This document shows, piece by piece, positions 1 through 8,926 of a DNA stretch of 64,000 nt. The stretch's first letter is position 1, and each line of letters begins with the position of its first letter. The stretch is from a virus. The position numbers were made by a program, and so were the translations under genes. The stretch lies in the IMG/VR virus record IMGVR_UViG_3300034073_001700, positions 56,143 through 120,142 of that record; one strand, written 5' to 3'. The notes under the pieces are model-generated. The model saw nothing but the letters and a program-made list of their open reading frames with translations, was not told the origin of the DNA and did not search any database.

Positions 1-440
1 TTTCTTGTACCAATAACTTTTCCTTAGAGGCAGCAGCCGAACTTGACTATAAAATAATTTTTTCTTACAAAGATTACAAGTTTGGATATTTTTTAGATAA
101 AAGCGTAGAAGGTCAGGAAAAGCCTGGGGATACTTTTGATTTATCTGGTAAAAAGATAACATTGGCAATATCTCCAATCATAAGAGAGACCCAGGAAGAA
201 ATAGACAGCGAGTTTCCAAAAGATGTAATTGTTCACCTATACGGTGGCAAGTCATATAAAGATAGACCAAGATTTGCAAAAGATACAGCATATTTTACGT
301 ATGACAGGTTTGTTACTTTTATAAAAGAATTAGAAGAAAGTGGTATTAAAGAAATTCTTCTAAACGGAATACCTGAATCTGAAAGAAATAATTTAATTAG
401 TTACGTTAAGAGGTATATAGAAGAACATGGAAATAATTAA
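1..440 (+). CDS. 5'-truncated hypothetical protein, possibly a luciferase-like (LLM) oxidoreductase C-terminus
   Basis: The frame of ORF 162..440 is open back to base 3 (SCTNNFSLEAAAELDYK...), so the gene starts before the window. The family call is a weak resemblance only. Confidence 0.45.
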   Translation, partial: SCTNNFSLEAAAELDYKIIFSYKDYKFGYFLDKSVEGQEKPGDTFDLSGKKITLAISPIIRETQEEIDSEFPKDVIVHLYGGKSYKDRPRFAKDTAYFTYDRFVTFIKELEESGIKEILLNGIPESERNNLISYVKRYIEEHGNN

Positions 441-984
441 ATTTGAAAATGTTTTTACTAAAGAGCAACTAAAAACAATTAAAGAAGTAATTAGTTCTTC
501 TGAAATAGACCAAATAAATACAGAATTAGGAAGATTACAATATAAGTCACCTTTGGATTTTCCATTTGATTTATTAAATGAAATTAATTATTTAATTTTT
601 AAAAATTTTAACAACTTAGCATTAGGCCCTGTTTCGGTAGTAGAATATAGTGCAAAATATGGTAAGCCAAATTTGCCAGTACATTACGATCATGATTCAA
701 GTGACCTGGTATTTAATTTTCAACTGGAATCAAACACATCTTGGGATATTGGCATAGATAAAACTGTTTATAGTTTAAAAGATAATGAGGCTATCCTATT
801 TAATCCAAATAAATACACTCATTGGAGACCGCATAAAACCTTTAAGGATGGTGAATATGTTAAGATGATATTCTTTAGGTTTCATAATCCAACAGAAATA
901 TCAGATTATTCTCACCTTGATTTGAGTCAAGAGAATGAAATTTTTAAAGAAGTTCGTGAATTTAGGGATAGCCTGGGCACTTGA
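427..984 (+). CDS. 2OG-Fe(II) oxygenase-like protein
   Basis: HYD (HxD) motif, distal HWR, DSBH-like pattern. Confidence 0.65.
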   Translation: MEIIKFENVFTKEQLKTIKEVISSSEIDQINTELGRLQYKSPLDFPFDLLNEINYLIFKNFNNLALGPVSVVEYSAKYGKPNLPVHYDHDSSDLVFNFQLESNTSWDIGIDKTVYSLKDNEAILFNPNKYTHWRPHKTFKDGEYVKMIFFRFHNPTEISDYSHLDLSQENEIFKEVREFRDSLGT

Positions 985-1010
985 CAAATACCCCCACTCT
1001 GTTCTATAAT
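981..1010 (+). promoter_or_regulatory. consensus sigma70/SigA promoter
   Basis: TTGACA (981-986), 18-nt spacer, TATAAT (1005-1010). Confidence 0.85.
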
Positions 1011-1048
1011 TAATACTGTAAGCACACAACCTAACAGAAAGATATAAC

Positions 1049-1210
1049 ATGAGCAGATCATTTGCAGAGGCAGTTAAGTATAACGATACATATTCATCAA
1101 TGTTTGGACAAGATACAGTAATGGATCAGCCTACATGGGGAATTTTTCAAGATGCCCCCAGATTTCATGATGATTGGAACGAAGATCTATTTGAAGATGG
1201 TGAGGAATAA
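1049..1210 (+). CDS. small acidic hypothetical protein (53 aa), absent from the ORF track
   Basis: ATG 1049 MSRSFAEAVKYNDTY...EDGEE* directly after the promoter; ends 2 nt before the next ATG. Confidence 0.65.
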   Translation: MSRSFAEAVKYNDTYSSMFGQDTVMDQPTWGIFQDAPRFHDDWNEDLFEDGEE

Positions 1211-1212
1211 TA

Positions 1213-2427
1213 ATGAAAAAGTTAATCGCTATTGTTTTTGCAGTTTCTTTAATTGCTCCCTCGCCTGCTCAGGCTGATGATTTTTCTGACAAGACAAAGT
1301 TACAACAAGAGGCAGAGACTTTATACAGAACATCTCTTGAGCAAATTAATCAACAATACTCTAAAAATGTTTTAGATATTAAAAATAATTATGACCTAAA
1401 TTTACAAAAAATCAAAAACACTGCTGGTGTTAAAGAAACACAATCTATTTCTGACTATAACAATGCATTGTTAAAGTGGAAAGAAGTAGATCAGGTCAAG
1501 TTAAATAATTTTAGACCATATTCATGGCCTCTTGATGCAGGGAAATCATTTACATACACAATCAATAGTCCGTTTGTTGCGGGTGGGGTTTTGTCAGATA
1601 CCTTATCTTATCAAGATGATCCTCATGCTTTTAAAAATATCTTTAATGTAGTAAATTTTGATTCATGCTATGCAAATAATACATGGGCATGTCCACAAAA
1701 CAATATCTATCAACTCAAAGAAAGAGTTGATCGTAGACCAACATGGGATTTTGAAGGTATATCAAAAGGTGCAGTTTTTCATAAAACAACAGTCGCTTCT
1801 ACCATAGTTGCGTTTAATAACTCTTTATTAATTTCAGTAAAAGATGATGGATCGGCGGTACCTTTTTCAGAGTTTAGTTCTATTAGAAATAATGCAAAAA
1901 CATCTTACCTTAATATGCTATCTGCTCAGTCTGAACACCAAGCATTGATTGCATCAGTAAATACCGAATATGCTAATCAAATGTCAAATGCTGAAAAGTC
2001 TAAAAATTCTTTAATTGCAAAAGCAGAGTCGGACAGATCTGGCACATTATCTTCTATTAGTTGGGTTGATAATGCTAACAAGACACTGATTTCACATTTT
2101 CCAGACAAAGTTAAGTCTGAATTGATGAAAGATGGATACTTTAAACCATTAAAGCCATTTTATTATACTTCAAAAACTGGAAGGTATATTGTAAGTGCTA
2201 CAATGATTGATAACTATACTGTAGTTGCTACGGCTGGTCCAGAATACAAAAGATATAAGTATGTTTATACAAAAAAAGAACAGGCTGATCATATCAAAAG
2301 TTCTAAAAATTTGCTAAAGAAGCAAACAAAACCATATTACGATACAATTAATCAGGCAAAATCTATGGGATGGAAGGTAGAGTGTAAGGATAAAACCCCT
2401 TGCAAAATTAAATATATCAAAAACTAA
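1213..2427 (+). CDS. secreted hypothetical protein
   Basis: Signal peptide MKKLIAIVFAVSLIAPSPAQA; GAGGA RBS. Confidence 0.75.
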   Translation: MKKLIAIVFAVSLIAPSPAQADDFSDKTKLQQEAETLYRTSLEQINQQYSKNVLDIKNNYDLNLQKIKNTAGVKETQSISDYNNALLKWKEVDQVKLNNFRPYSWPLDAGKSFTYTINSPFVAGGVLSDTLSYQDDPHAFKNIFNVVNFDSCYANNTWACPQNNIYQLKERVDRRPTWDFEGISKGAVFHKTTVASTIVAFNNSLLISVKDDGSAVPFSEFSSIRNNAKTSYLNMLSAQSEHQALIASVNTEYANQMSNAEKSKNSLIAKAESDRSGTLSSISWVDNANKTLISHFPDKVKSELMKDGYFKPLKPFYYTSKTGRYIVSATMIDNYTVVATAGPEYKRYKYVYTKKEQADHIKSSKNLLKKQTKPYYDTINQAKSMGWKVECKDKTPCKIKYIKN

Positions 2428-2434
2428 GGTTTAA

Positions 2435-2508
2435 GGAGCAGTAGCCAAGTTGGTCAAGGCCCCGAACTCATAATTCGGTTATCGTAGGTTCGAGTCCTAC
2501 CTGCTCTA
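2435..2508 (+). tRNA. tRNA with CAT anticodon (elongator Met or Ile2)
   Basis: Acceptor GGAGCAG/CTGCTCT; anticodon arm CCGAA-CTCATAA-TTCGG; T-loop TTCGAGT; no initiator hallmarks; CCA not encoded. Confidence 0.92.
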
Positions 2509-2528
2509 CAGTGATACAATAGAATAAT

Positions 2529-2601
2529 TGATCTGTAGTTCAGTTGGTAGAACACTCGACTGTTAATCGAGATGTCGCAGGATCGAGACCTGCCAGATCA
2601 G
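2529..2601 (+). tRNA. tRNA-Asn(GTT)
   Basis: Acceptor TGATCTG/CAGATCA; anticodon arm CTCGA-CTGTTAA-TCGAG; atypical T-loop ATCGAGA. Confidence 0.9.
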
Positions 2602-2605
2602 CGAA

Positions 2606-2679
2606 GGTCCGTTAGTTCAGTTGGTTAGAACGCTACCCTGTCACGGTAGAGGTCGTGAGTTCAAGTCTCATACGGATCG
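2606..2679 (+). tRNA. tRNA-Asp(GTC)
   Basis: Acceptor GGTCCGT/ACGGATC; anticodon arm CTACC-CTGTCAC-GGTAG; T-loop TTCAAGT. Confidence 0.93.
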
Positions 2680-2681
2680 CA

Positions 2682-2754
2682 GAGAAGGTAGGTGCTGTAT
2701 GTGTGCCAGGGAAAAGGGAAACACATGTATAGCAAGTTGCAACCCTACCTTCTC
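2682..2754 (+). ncRNA. unidentified 73-nt structured RNA between tRNA-Asp and tRNA-Glu
   Basis: Perfect 11-bp closing stem GAGAAGGTAGG/CCTACCTTCTC plus an inner stem TGCTGTATGTGT/ACACATGTATAGCA. Confidence 0.5.
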
Positions 2755-2762
2755 CCTATTTT

Positions 2763-2834
2763 GGCACTATCGTCTATCGGCTAGGACATCGCCCTTTCAC
2801 GGCGGAAAGACGGGTTCGATTCCCGTTAGTGCTA
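2763..2834 (+). tRNA. tRNA-Glu(TTC)
   Basis: Acceptor GGCACTA/TAGTGCT; anticodon arm TCGCC-CTTTCAC-GGCGG; T-loop TTCGATT. Confidence 0.93.
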
Positions 2835-2847
2835 CACTTTAAAGTTA

Positions 2848-2856
2848 TGGTATTAT
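2848..2856 (+). promoter_or_regulatory. extended -10 promoter, leaderless
   Basis: TGGTATTAT-N6-ATG(2863), no SD. Confidence 0.65.
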
Positions 2857-2862
2857 ATAGAG

Positions 2863-3546
2863 ATGGAAAAAATATATTTAGATGAAGACAAAAAGGTTTG
2901 GATTATTGAAAACTTCCTTACCGAAGAAGAACTAAAATGGTTTAAAGAGCAAACCGACGATGAAAATGGGTGGTACCCAACAATGAGGTCTCCATATAGA
3001 AATATATTAAATAAATTTTTAAATATCGTTCCAAGATATGACGACACTGGTAACATTATATTCCCAGATGAAAACTCTCAAGTATTACAACTAGAAATTT
3101 TTACTAAACCTGGCGGAATTTGGGATAGACTTGAATCTGTATTGCCACCAGTATATGGAAGACATGCTACATTACAATCTTTTAAGTATATGACAGATGA
3201 AGAAATAAAGGAAGCAGTAAACGATACATTATTAAGAGAATATAAGATTAAAGTTGAAGATATAGACTTTGCTATGTACTGGCATCAAGATCCAGATGAA
3301 GAGCAGAACATAATTTGTTCTTTTAGTCTTTACCTAAACGACGACTTTGAAGGTGGAGAATTGGAATTTGCAGAAGTTCCAATCAAACTAAAGCCAAAGG
3401 CTGGGACCTTGGCCGTAATACCTGGCGGACATAAGTATCGACATAGGGTAAATAAGGTGTTAGGCCCTAATTCACGTCATACCCTATATGGAAACTCTTT
3501 TATAGATGCTTCTAAGATACCTCAAAGCACAAAAGATGACTGCTAA
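2863..3546 (+). CDS. prolyl 4-hydroxylase-like 2OG-Fe(II) oxygenase
   Basis: IIENFLTEEE, WHQD, LYLNDDFEGGELEF, HRV...R motifs. Confidence 0.85.
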   Translation: MEKIYLDEDKKVWIIENFLTEEELKWFKEQTDDENGWYPTMRSPYRNILNKFLNIVPRYDDTGNIIFPDENSQVLQLEIFTKPGGIWDRLESVLPPVYGRHATLQSFKYMTDEEIKEAVNDTLLREYKIKVEDIDFAMYWHQDPDEEQNIICSFSLYLNDDFEGGELEFAEVPIKLKPKAGTLAVIPGGHKYRHRVNKVLGPNSRHTLYGNSFIDASKIPQSTKDDC

Positions 3547-3588
3547 AAGAGTGTTATAATAATCCCATAACCCCACAGGAGGTAATTG

Positions 3589-4404
3589 ATGAAATCAATT
3601 TACGATATCGAATTGGAATCAGCCGAAGGCGTTCCACACTTTATGCAACAGTTTAAGGGCAAAGCGATCATGCTTATCAACACAACAGTTGGTTGTGGAA
3701 ATGCTGGTCAAATGCAACCCATTCAATGGATACAGGAAGACCTTGCGGGAGAAGATTTCTCCGTTGTTGCAATCCCAACAAATGATTTCTGTGGCCCAAG
3801 CATTACAAAAGGCAAGTGGTCTAAAGGAATTGAAAAAGGTTTAGACTCAAAGAACTACGGAGAAGATGTATACGGAGTTACATTCCCATTCTCACAAATG
3901 ATTACATCTAATCCAGCAGAGATTCCATTAGAGGCTCCATGGCTTGGAAAAGGCCCAGGACTTAACGGAAATGGAGAGCCTTTTGGAGAAAGACACGAAC
4001 TTTATTTAGAAGTTTCAGAACAAATTAAAGCAATACAGTTAAAGAAAATAGAACTTGGTATTGTAGAAAGGACAGATTACGAATCACGTTATTTAAATGA
4101 ACACAACGGTGGCTTGTATATGAACTGTAACTTTGAAAAATATTTAATTGATAAGGACGGATATGTTGTTAAGCACTATCCTTGCACAACATTAAATTAT
4201 GATGTTGAAAAGACACTCAAAGAAGACCTTTTAGAAAAGGGAATTTTTGCAAAAATGGGTCCAGATAGATCCCCTTCTATTTTTGACGAAGAAAACAGAG
4301 TTATCCGTGACCACATTCAGCGTCTTATGAATGGAGAAAAATCAATTATTAATCCTAGTAATACGCTAACAGAAAAGTCTAAAGAACCACTGACAATCTC
4401 ATAA
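3589..4404 (+). CDS. divergent glutathione-peroxidase-family (BtuE-like) protein
   Basis: SIYDI, NTTVGCG, PTNDF, YGVTFP, NFEKYLIDKDG; GGAGG RBS; TGTTATAAT at 3552-3560. Confidence 0.8.
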   Translation: MKSIYDIELESAEGVPHFMQQFKGKAIMLINTTVGCGNAGQMQPIQWIQEDLAGEDFSVVAIPTNDFCGPSITKGKWSKGIEKGLDSKNYGEDVYGVTFPFSQMITSNPAEIPLEAPWLGKGPGLNGNGEPFGERHELYLEVSEQIKAIQLKKIELGIVERTDYESRYLNEHNGGLYMNCNFEKYLIDKDGYVVKHYPCTTLNYDVEKTLKEDLLEKGIFAKMGPDRSPSIFDEENRVIRDHIQRLMNGEKSIINPSNTLTEKSKEPLTIS

Positions 4405-4415
4405 AAATATAAACT

Positions 4416-4458
4416 ATTTTCTCCTATGGTATACTTAATATATAGCATAGGAGAAAAT
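4416..4458 (+). promoter_or_regulatory. 13-bp inverted repeat enclosing an extended -10 and covering the gpx RBS
   Basis: ATTTTCTCCTATG(4416-4428)/CATAGGAGAAAAT(4446-4458); TGGTATACT at 4427-4435. Confidence 0.7.
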
Positions 4459-4462
4459 TTTT

Positions 4463-4894
4463 ATGAGCATATATGATTTATCATTTACTGATAACAATAA
4501 AAATGTTATACAGTTAAAGAATTTTGAAGGAAAAAATATATTAATAGTCAACACTGCAAGTCATTGTGGAAATACCCCACAGTATGCAGATTTACAAAAA
4601 ATACAAAGTGATTCGTTGGTTGTTATTGGCTTTCCTTGCAACCAGTTTGGTAATCAGGAGCCAGGAACCAATGATGAAATTAAGGCTTTTTGTACAACTA
4701 ATTACGGTGTAACCTTCCCAGTGTCTGAAAAGGTAGAGGTTAATGGTCCTAACGCTCACCCTATATATAAGTACTGCAAAGAGGCTACTGGAGTAAGTAA
4801 TATTGGATGGAACTTTGAGAAGTTTTTAATATCTGCTGATGGGTCCATCTCTCATTATCCTACATCTTGCCCAGTATCTGATATAATAAAATAA
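4463..4894 (+). CDS. gpx: glutathione/thioredoxin peroxidase (Gpx family, Cys type)
   Basis: NTASHCG, GFPCNQFGNQEPG, WNFEKFLI. Confidence 0.93.
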   Translation: MSIYDLSFTDNNKNVIQLKNFEGKNILIVNTASHCGNTPQYADLQKIQSDSLVVIGFPCNQFGNQEPGTNDEIKAFCTTNYGVTFPVSEKVEVNGPNAHPIYKYCKEATGVSNIGWNFEKFLISADGSISHYPTSCPVSDIIK

Positions 4895-4915
4895 CTACTA
4901 GTAGAAAGAAGCATA

Positions 4916-7000
4916 ATGTCAGAAGCAAAATGCCCATTCACAGGCAATAGCCTAACAAACGAAGGAACATATAATAAGGATTGGTGGCCAAACCAGTTAG
5001 ATTTGTCTCCTTTAAGAAAAAATTCAGAAAAATCTGATCCTATGGGAGAAGACTTTGACTACGCTAAAGAGTTTAATAGTTTAGATCTTGATACTCTTAA
5101 GGCTGATATTGAGGAAGTTATGACTACCTCGCAAGATTGGTGGCCTGCCGATTACGGTAACTACGGCCCACTATTCATTCGTATGGCATGGCACTCTGCA
5201 GGTACATACAGAACAACTGATGGTCGTGGTGGCGCAGGAGAAGGCCTACATAGATTTGCTCCACAAAATTCATGGCCAGATAATGGTAATTTAGATAAGG
5301 CTCGAAGACTTCTTTGGCCTATTAAGAAGAAGTATGGAAAGAAGATTTCATGGGCAGACCTCATGATTCTTGCTGGTAACGTTGCTTTAGAAAACATGGG
5401 CTTTAAGACTTTCGGTTTTGGTGGAGGTCGTGAAGATGTTTGGGAAGCAGATGATACTTACTGGGGTAGTGAAAAGGAATGGCTTGCAGACAATCGCTAT
5501 AGCGGAGATCGTGAGTTAGAGAATCCTCTTGCTGCAGTTCAGATGGGTTTGATTTATGTAAACCCTGAGGGTCCAAATGGTAATCCAGATCCACTTCTAT
5601 CTGCTCGTGATATTCGTGAGACATTTGCTCGTATGGCAATGAACGATGAAGAGACTGTAGCACTTATTGCTGGAGGACATGCATTTGGTAAAGCACATGG
5701 TGCTGGAGATCCTAAGCATGTTGGTCCAGAACCAGAAGGTGCACCAATTGAAGAACAAGGTCTTGGATGGAAAAATTCATTTGGAAAGGGTAATGCAGAA
5801 GATACTATTACAAGTGGTATCGAAGGTGCATGGACTCCAACTCCAACAAAGTGGGATAACACCTACCTTAAACTATTATTTAAGTATGACTGGAAGCAGG
5901 TAAAGAGTCCTGCTGGTGCTACACAATGGATTCCCACAGATGAGTCTGCTGCTAATTTAGTTCCAGACGCACACGTTGAGGGTAAATTCCATGCTCCAGT
6001 TATGACAACTGCAGACTTAGCACTTAAGTTTGATCCAGAATATGAAAAGATTTCAAGACGATTCCTTGAAGACTTTGACTATTTCTCTGATCAATTTGCT
6101 CGTGCCTGGTTTAAGTTGACGCATAGAGATATGGGTCCAATTGCAAGGTATCTTGGTAAAGAGGTTCCTGTAGAAGAACTAATTTGGCAGGACCCAGTTC
6201 CTGTATCAATTACAAAGGATATTGATGTAGAGAGTATTAAGAATAGAATTAAATCTTCTGATATTCCTATGTATCATTTTGTCTATACGGCATGGGCTTC
6301 TGCGTCTACCTTCCGCAAAACAGATAAGCGTGGTGGTGCAAATGGCGCTCGTATACTACTTGAGCCACAGCGTAGTTGGGAAGTAAATGATAACTCAATA
6401 ATTTCTAGCGCTGTTGATTTCCTTAGCACGGTTCAAAAAGAACATATGATTTCTATGGCAGATTTAATTGTTCTTGCTGGATGTGCAGCAATCGAAAAGG
6501 CTTCTGGAGAAAGAGTTAAGGTTCCATTTACTCCTGGTCGTGGAGATGCAACTCAAGAGCAGACCGATGTTGAGTCTTTCAAAGTTCTTGAACCTATCGC
6601 AGATGGCTTTAGAAATTATTTAGGAAAAGGCACTACAGTTCCTTCAGAAATTTTGTTGGTAGAGAAGGCTAATATGCTAAATCTAACCCCAGTAGAGATG
6701 GTTGTTCTTCTTGCTGGAATGAGAACATTAGTGATTGATACACTAAATAATGGCTATCTGATTAGTCTTTTGTCTGGACAAATTTCTTGGAAGCAAACAT
6801 CTATTGATAATTTCCAAGGATATGTCAACGGAGAACTAGTTGGTAATGCAACTCGTGTTGATCTGATTACTGGATCAAACTCAGAACTCCGTGCTATTGC
6901 AGAGGTATATGCTTCTGACGATGCAAATGATAAGTTTGTGTCTGACTTTGCTAAAGCATGGAATAAGGTAATGATGCTTGATAGGTTTGATGTCAAGTAA
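4916..7000 (+). CDS. katG: catalase-peroxidase
   Basis: [71 protein letters not shown]. Confidence 0.97.
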   Translation: MSEAKCPFTGNSLTNEGTYNKDWWPNQLDLSPLRKNSEKSDPMGEDFDYAKEFNSLDLDTLKADIEEVMTTSQDWWPADYGNYGPLFIRMAWHSAGTYRTTDGRGGAGEGLHRFAPQNSWPDNGNLDKARRLLWPIKKKYGKKISWADLMILAGNVALENMGFKTFGFGGGREDVWEADDTYWGSEKEWLADNRYSGDRELENPLAAVQMGLIYVNPEGPNGNPDPLLSARDIRETFARMAMNDEETVALIAGGHAFGKAHGAGDPKHVGPEPEGAPIEEQGLGWKNSFGKGNAEDTITSGIEGAWTPTPTKWDNTYLKLLFKYDWKQVKSPAGATQWIPTDESAANLVPDAHVEGKFHAPVMTTADLALKFDPEYEKISRRFLEDFDYFSDQFARAWFKLTHRDMGPIARYLGKEVPVEELIWQDPVPVSITKDIDVESIKNRIKSSDIPMYHFVYTAWASASTFRKTDKRGGANGARILLEPQRSWEVNDNSIISSAVDFLSTVQKEHMISMADLIVLAGCAAIEKASGERVKVPFTPGRGDATQEQTDVESFKVLEPIADGFRNYLGKGTTVPSEILLVEKANMLNLTPVEMVVLLAGMRTLVIDTLNNGYLISLLSGQISWKQTSIDNFQGYVNGELVGNATRVDLITGSNSELRAIAEVYASDDANDKFVSDFAKAWNKVMMLDRFDVK

Positions 7001-7012
7001 TAAGTAGGGGTT

Positions 7013-7084
7013 GCCTCCTTAACTCAGGGGTAGAGTACCCGCCTTGTAAGCGGGTTGTCGTAGGTTCAAATCCTACAGGAGGCT
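7013..7084 (+). tRNA. tRNA-Thr(TGT)
   Basis: Acceptor GCCTCCT/AGGAGGC; anticodon arm CCCGC-CTTGTAA-GCGGG; T-loop TTCAAAT. Confidence 0.93.
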
Positions 7085-7100
7085 CTGATATAATTTAATT

Positions 7101-7283
7101 ATGGATTTAGAAAAAGAAATTAAAAATATATTATTTAATATAGGAAAAGATATACAGATCCATAAACTTATTGATGGCAACATGATTATTGAAATAGATT
7201 ATGACAAATACGTATCTGAAATTAAAAATCTAATAGATAATTATTTACTGGAAGATGGATTCCAGAATAAAGAATCATTGTAA
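7101..7283 (+). CDS. hypothetical protein (leaderless)
   Basis: TGATATAAT(7086-7094)-N6-ATG. Confidence 0.6.
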   Translation: MDLEKEIKNILFNIGKDIQIHKLIDGNMIIEIDYDKYVSEIKNLIDNYLLEDGFQNKESL

Positions 7284-7987
7284 TATATTTCTTTATCAAA
7301 CATAAAATGATTATAAATATAATCTTTTTCCTCTTGACTTAGTTTATTAAATAAAGATTCGGAGGCATAGTTTTTAAATGTTAGACTATCTGTTTCTCCT
7401 AAATTTATCTTTATATCTACGCCTAAGTCTGAAGATATTTTGTTGACTAGATCATAATAGTTCATATTTTTTAAATCTTTGTGCCTAAGCATCAAGTTAG
7501 TTCTTTTAATTCTTTTATATACTAATTCTTTATTTATTATAAAGTTATCTTTATGCTTCACCCTTGACTCATATATAGTATTGCCTATGCTTGGCTCTAA
7601 AATAAAGTTTTGTGATTGAAAATCTTTTAAGTAAGTAAACTCAGACAAAGCCTTATATATTTGATATTTCTCTATTTCTAGACTAGCGCCATTATGTTTT
7701 AGTATAAAGTTATTATTTTTATCTATTAGCCCAACTTCATCTGAAATCATATGTGCGAGGGCACTTATAAAAAATTCTACTGGATCTCTAAATATTGTAA
7801 TAACATATGTTTCATCATCTATATCTTTATACCAGCCACCATGCTTATGAATATTAGAAGGTAAACTAATAGTCTTAATATTGTTTTGTTCTAGTGTATT
7901 TTGTATTGGTTCTAGAATATATTTTGATAAGAACCTTCCGCCTGTTTTAGGTATGTGTAAAAAATATATCTTATTATACTTTTTCAC
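7241..7987 (-). CDS. sulfotransferase-family protein
   Basis: 5'-PSB-like FLHIPKTGG and FRDPV motifs. Confidence 0.7.
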   Translation of the reverse strand: MKKYNKIYFLHIPKTGGRFLSKYILEPIQNTLEQNNIKTISLPSNIHKHGGWYKDIDDETYVITIFRDPVEFFISALAHMISDEVGLIDKNNNFILKHNGASLEIEKYQIYKALSEFTYLKDFQSQNFILEPSIGNTIYESRVKHKDNFIINKELVYKRIKRTNLMLRHKDLKNMNYYDLVNKISSDLGVDIKINLGETDSLTFKNYASESLFNKLSQEEKDYIYNHFMFDKEIYYNDSLFWNPSSSK

Positions 7988-8127
7988 TATTTGGTCTTTT
8001 TGTTATACTCGCCGTATTTGCCTAACACTGCTTTAACCGTACCGTCTTTTCTTAGACGAACAACCATTCCATCTTTGATTTGAATTGGGTTAAACTTATC
8101 GTGTCTTTTATATTTGCCAGAAGACAT
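7987..8127 (-). CDS. small basic hypothetical protein (46 aa), absent from the ORF track
   Basis: MSSGKYKRHDKFNPIQIKDGMVVRLRKDGTVKAVLGKYGEYNKKTK*; fills the gap between its neighbours. Confidence 0.65.
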   Translation of the reverse strand: MSSGKYKRHDKFNPIQIKDGMVVRLRKDGTVKAVLGKYGEYNKKTK

Positions 8128-8926
8128 TACCGCTACCACGAACTTTCTTGCTTTGTTTTTCTATTGTATTAAAAGTATCAGAAAACAATGCCTTATCTTT
8201 TTCTGCATTCACGATACGACGTGACCAAGAATAGCCAGCATCCCCACCCCATGCTAACCACATTATGTACCCATTAGACGGATTTGATTGATTAGCCCAA
8301 TCCTTCCCCTTTTTATCAACTTCATGACGAGAAAAATAAGAGTACATTCTTTTAACAGTACTAAGAGAAAGTGATTCTCCTCTTGCTAACTGTCCTGCAC
8401 GAGTCCATCCTACTGATGTACCCGCACCTTTTGCCTTACCTTGTTCTTTAAATCTAATTGCTTTTCTTGCTGCAGCACGTGCTCCTGCTGGTGGAGAATA
8501 TCCGTCTGCTTTTGAAACAGAATCAGTTTCATAAACCACATCATCAGAATCTTCCCAAAGATCATCGGCCTTTTCTGCTGGAACACAATTAGGAACTGGT
8601 TTGCCATTTTCTCCTGGCTTCATTCCTCTTTGTACATATCCGTCCCAGCATGGTGCTTGTTTTTCAACACTACCACAACAATCTGATTTCATATCTCCAG
8701 ACTGGCACTGTGGACATTGGTCACAGGTTACATCTAATTCTTTACACATTGGACATCCACATCCCTCATATGCCTTGCCTACGTTGCCCTCAGAGCGGTT
8801 TATGGCATAGATCTGGGCTGCTGCCTGCTCTTTGGTTTCATGGCATCCCATAACCTCTCCTGTGTCCTTTAAAGCGGGGTATCCAGAACAACCCGATGAC
8901 CCCTTAGCACCTACATGATATGGCAT
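8108..8926 (-). CDS. modular Cys-rich phage protein, possibly head-associated
   Basis: GCH..K..A motif, Cys cluster, CWDGY...PNCVP motif, C-terminal RMYSYFSRHE...AWGGDAG domain; leaderless promoter. Confidence 0.7.
   Translation of the reverse strand: MPYHVGAKGSSGCSGYPALKDTGEVMGCHETKEQAAAQIYAINRSEGNVGKAYEGCGCPMCKELDVTCDQCPQCQSGDMKSDCCGSVEKQAPCWDGYVQRGMKPGENGKPVPNCVPAEKADDLWEDSDDVVYETDSVSKADGYSPPAGARAAARKAIRFKEQGKAKGAGTSVGWTRAGQLARGESLSLSTVKRMYSYFSRHEVDKKGKDWANQSNPSNGYIMWLAWGGDAGYSWSRRIVNAEKDKALFSDTFNTIEKQSKKVRGSGNVFWQI

Noticed and set aside
2680-2762. Theta/HDV-like ribozyme after tRNA-Asp, or SRP RNA
   Set aside because: No nested double pseudoknot or HDV L3-type sequence could be built, and the SRP domain IV consensus is absent. 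It is kept only as an unknown structured RNA.
2621-2842. 73-aa ORF in the track
   Set aside because: It overlaps tRNA-Asp and tRNA-Glu and is spurious.
3589-4894. Selenocysteine or SECIS in the Gpx genes
   Set aside because: The active-site codons are TGT (Cys) and there is no in-frame TGA.
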